64,000 nt of DNA from positions 170,699 through 234,698 of the forward strand of contig DF236973.1 in assembly GCA_000708835.1 (NCBI GenBank), in the 5' to 3' direction. A program made the translations under genes and the position numbers. The first letter of the stretch is position 1, and every line of letters starts with the position of its first letter. The notes beneath the pieces were generated by a model. It ran no database searches. It worked only from the letters and a program-made list of their open reading frames with translations, and had not been told where the DNA came from. This DNA comes from Klebsormidium nitens. Taxonomy: Eukaryota > Plantae > Klebsormidiophyceae. Shown piece by piece: positions 62,901 to 64,000 of this stretch.

Positions 62901-63951
62901 CAATCAGTCACTGTAGTTCAGGCACCGTACCTGAAAGAAAGGGTAGGAATGTCTTGGCATCCAATTTCACTAGAGTGACCAAACGTTTTTGATCCAGGAC
63001 TTTGTGAGCCTACTTTCATTCCTCAAGTACCAACCGGAGCCCAAGAGGTTCCCTCTCCTTCGAGAGCTGGGCAGTGCGAAGACAACGGCAGAGGACTTTG
63101 AAGACCGCGATTTTGCCGCTGCTTGGAAAACGGTAAGCCGACAGCTGTTAGATCTGCTTTAAGCTTGTCAAGACCCGGGCTTCAGATTGATTGGTCCTCA
63201 AGATCCGGTAGAGCTAGCTAGCTTCGGATGCCAAAAAGGGTAACCCGAGATGCTCTCGTCAGCCCCGCCTTGGCCGACGTCAGGGGTTCGAACTGCGCAC
63301 GTCGCGCGGCATTCTTATGAGGAGCATAGCTCTAAGACCGACGGTTGTCCTCGAGTTACGCACGCTTGCGGAAAGCGCTTCATGGCTGCCCACGTGTCAT
63401 GATGGGCCCGTCAAGGACGCAGGAGTAGTTTTTATGGCAAAGCGTAGGCGCATGAACGGGACGTTTTGAACGAAGTCTTGAAGAAGATAAGGAAAACGTC
63501 CCTGGATCAGAGACGAACAAAGCTCTTTCGTTAACGCATCTGGAAACGGTCTTGAAATGTTTTCAGGATGTTGAACTGCCAGTTCTAGAGTACAGCACAC
63601 TCGAGAGTCTGTTGAAAAGCAGGAAACCTCTGCCTGGTTTTCATGGGAACAGGAAGAGGCTCTTCGGTAACCCCTTTGAAGGTTCCCTTCGACGATCTCT
63701 TGAAAAGCAACCGCTCCCTTTACAGGTCCTGCGCGCCACCACGCTGCGGCGCACCAAAGAGGCTCAGCTGACGTCATTGGGCGTGAAGGACGTCATCGTG
63801 GAGCGTCTCGCAATGAGCGCGAGCGAGCGCGCGTTCTACGAGTCGGTTAAGGAGCGCGGGTTAGCGGGGGACTGCGGGAACCATCTGGTGACCATGCTGC
63901 GGCTGCGGCAGGCGGCGAATGCGCCCCAGCTGGCAAAGCGGAAGGAATCGG
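59973..63951 (+). CDS. SNF2-family ATPase, Rad5/Rad16-like group; 5' portion only, continues beyond the window
   Basis: Exons 59973-60258 (PYRHQVEGLKWM...GGILA), 61156-61270 (DDMGLGKTLQ), 61809-62046 (YDVVITTYE...WSRVVLDE), 62612-62719 (ATKIKN...RWALTATPIEN), 62998-63132 (DFVSLLSFLKY) and 63726-63951 (LRRTK...LLRLRQAANAP-like LRLRQAAN). Confidence 0.92.
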
Positions 63952-64000
63952 GTGAGTGAAAAAGCGTCTCATTGGTGGCACACGTCAGCCTGTCTGAGGG

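Noticed and set aside
1-64000. rRNA, tRNA, prokaryotic operons, transposase or reverse-transcriptase ORFs
   Set aside because: No recognisable motifs found by eye; tRNAscan-SE and RepeatMasker were not run.

Overview
Eukaryotic, intron-rich nuclear DNA with plant-like genes. The gene set and GC-rich exons suggest a streptophyte alga such as Klebsormidium (inference, not verified). Most ORFs in the supplied track are shadows of spliced exons. Reconstructed genes in order: NDUFA1-like complex I subunit (-), proteasome ubiquitin receptor RPN13 (+), bacterial-type Asp-box/BNR beta-propeller (-), an unidentified possible spliced gene (-), REF/SRPP (LDAP-type) lipid-droplet protein (-), N-acetylglucosaminyltransferase I (+, one GC-AG intron), a small 2-TM protein (-), a TIR-bounded element whose interior is an assembly gap, an UNC93-like MFS protein (+), two tandem SPARK-domain (At4g28100-like) secreted proteins (+), a convergent pair of intronless BTB-BACK genes (one with a single nonsense codon), an intronless multi-TM protein (+), an FSH1/OVCA2 serine hydrolase (-), and the 5' part of a Rad5/Rad16-like SNF2 ATPase (+, runs off the window). 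The most striking unexplained structure is a recurring pattern of tandem 'echo' copies of exon-intron junctions: 8 junctions in 5 genes carry degenerate duplicates of the splice site plus adjacent exon sequence inside the intron. Also notable are a perfect 30-bp intronic palindrome and the TTAA-flanked TIR element. No rRNA, tRNA or CRISPR array was seen. All homology calls come from recalled family motifs; no database search was run.
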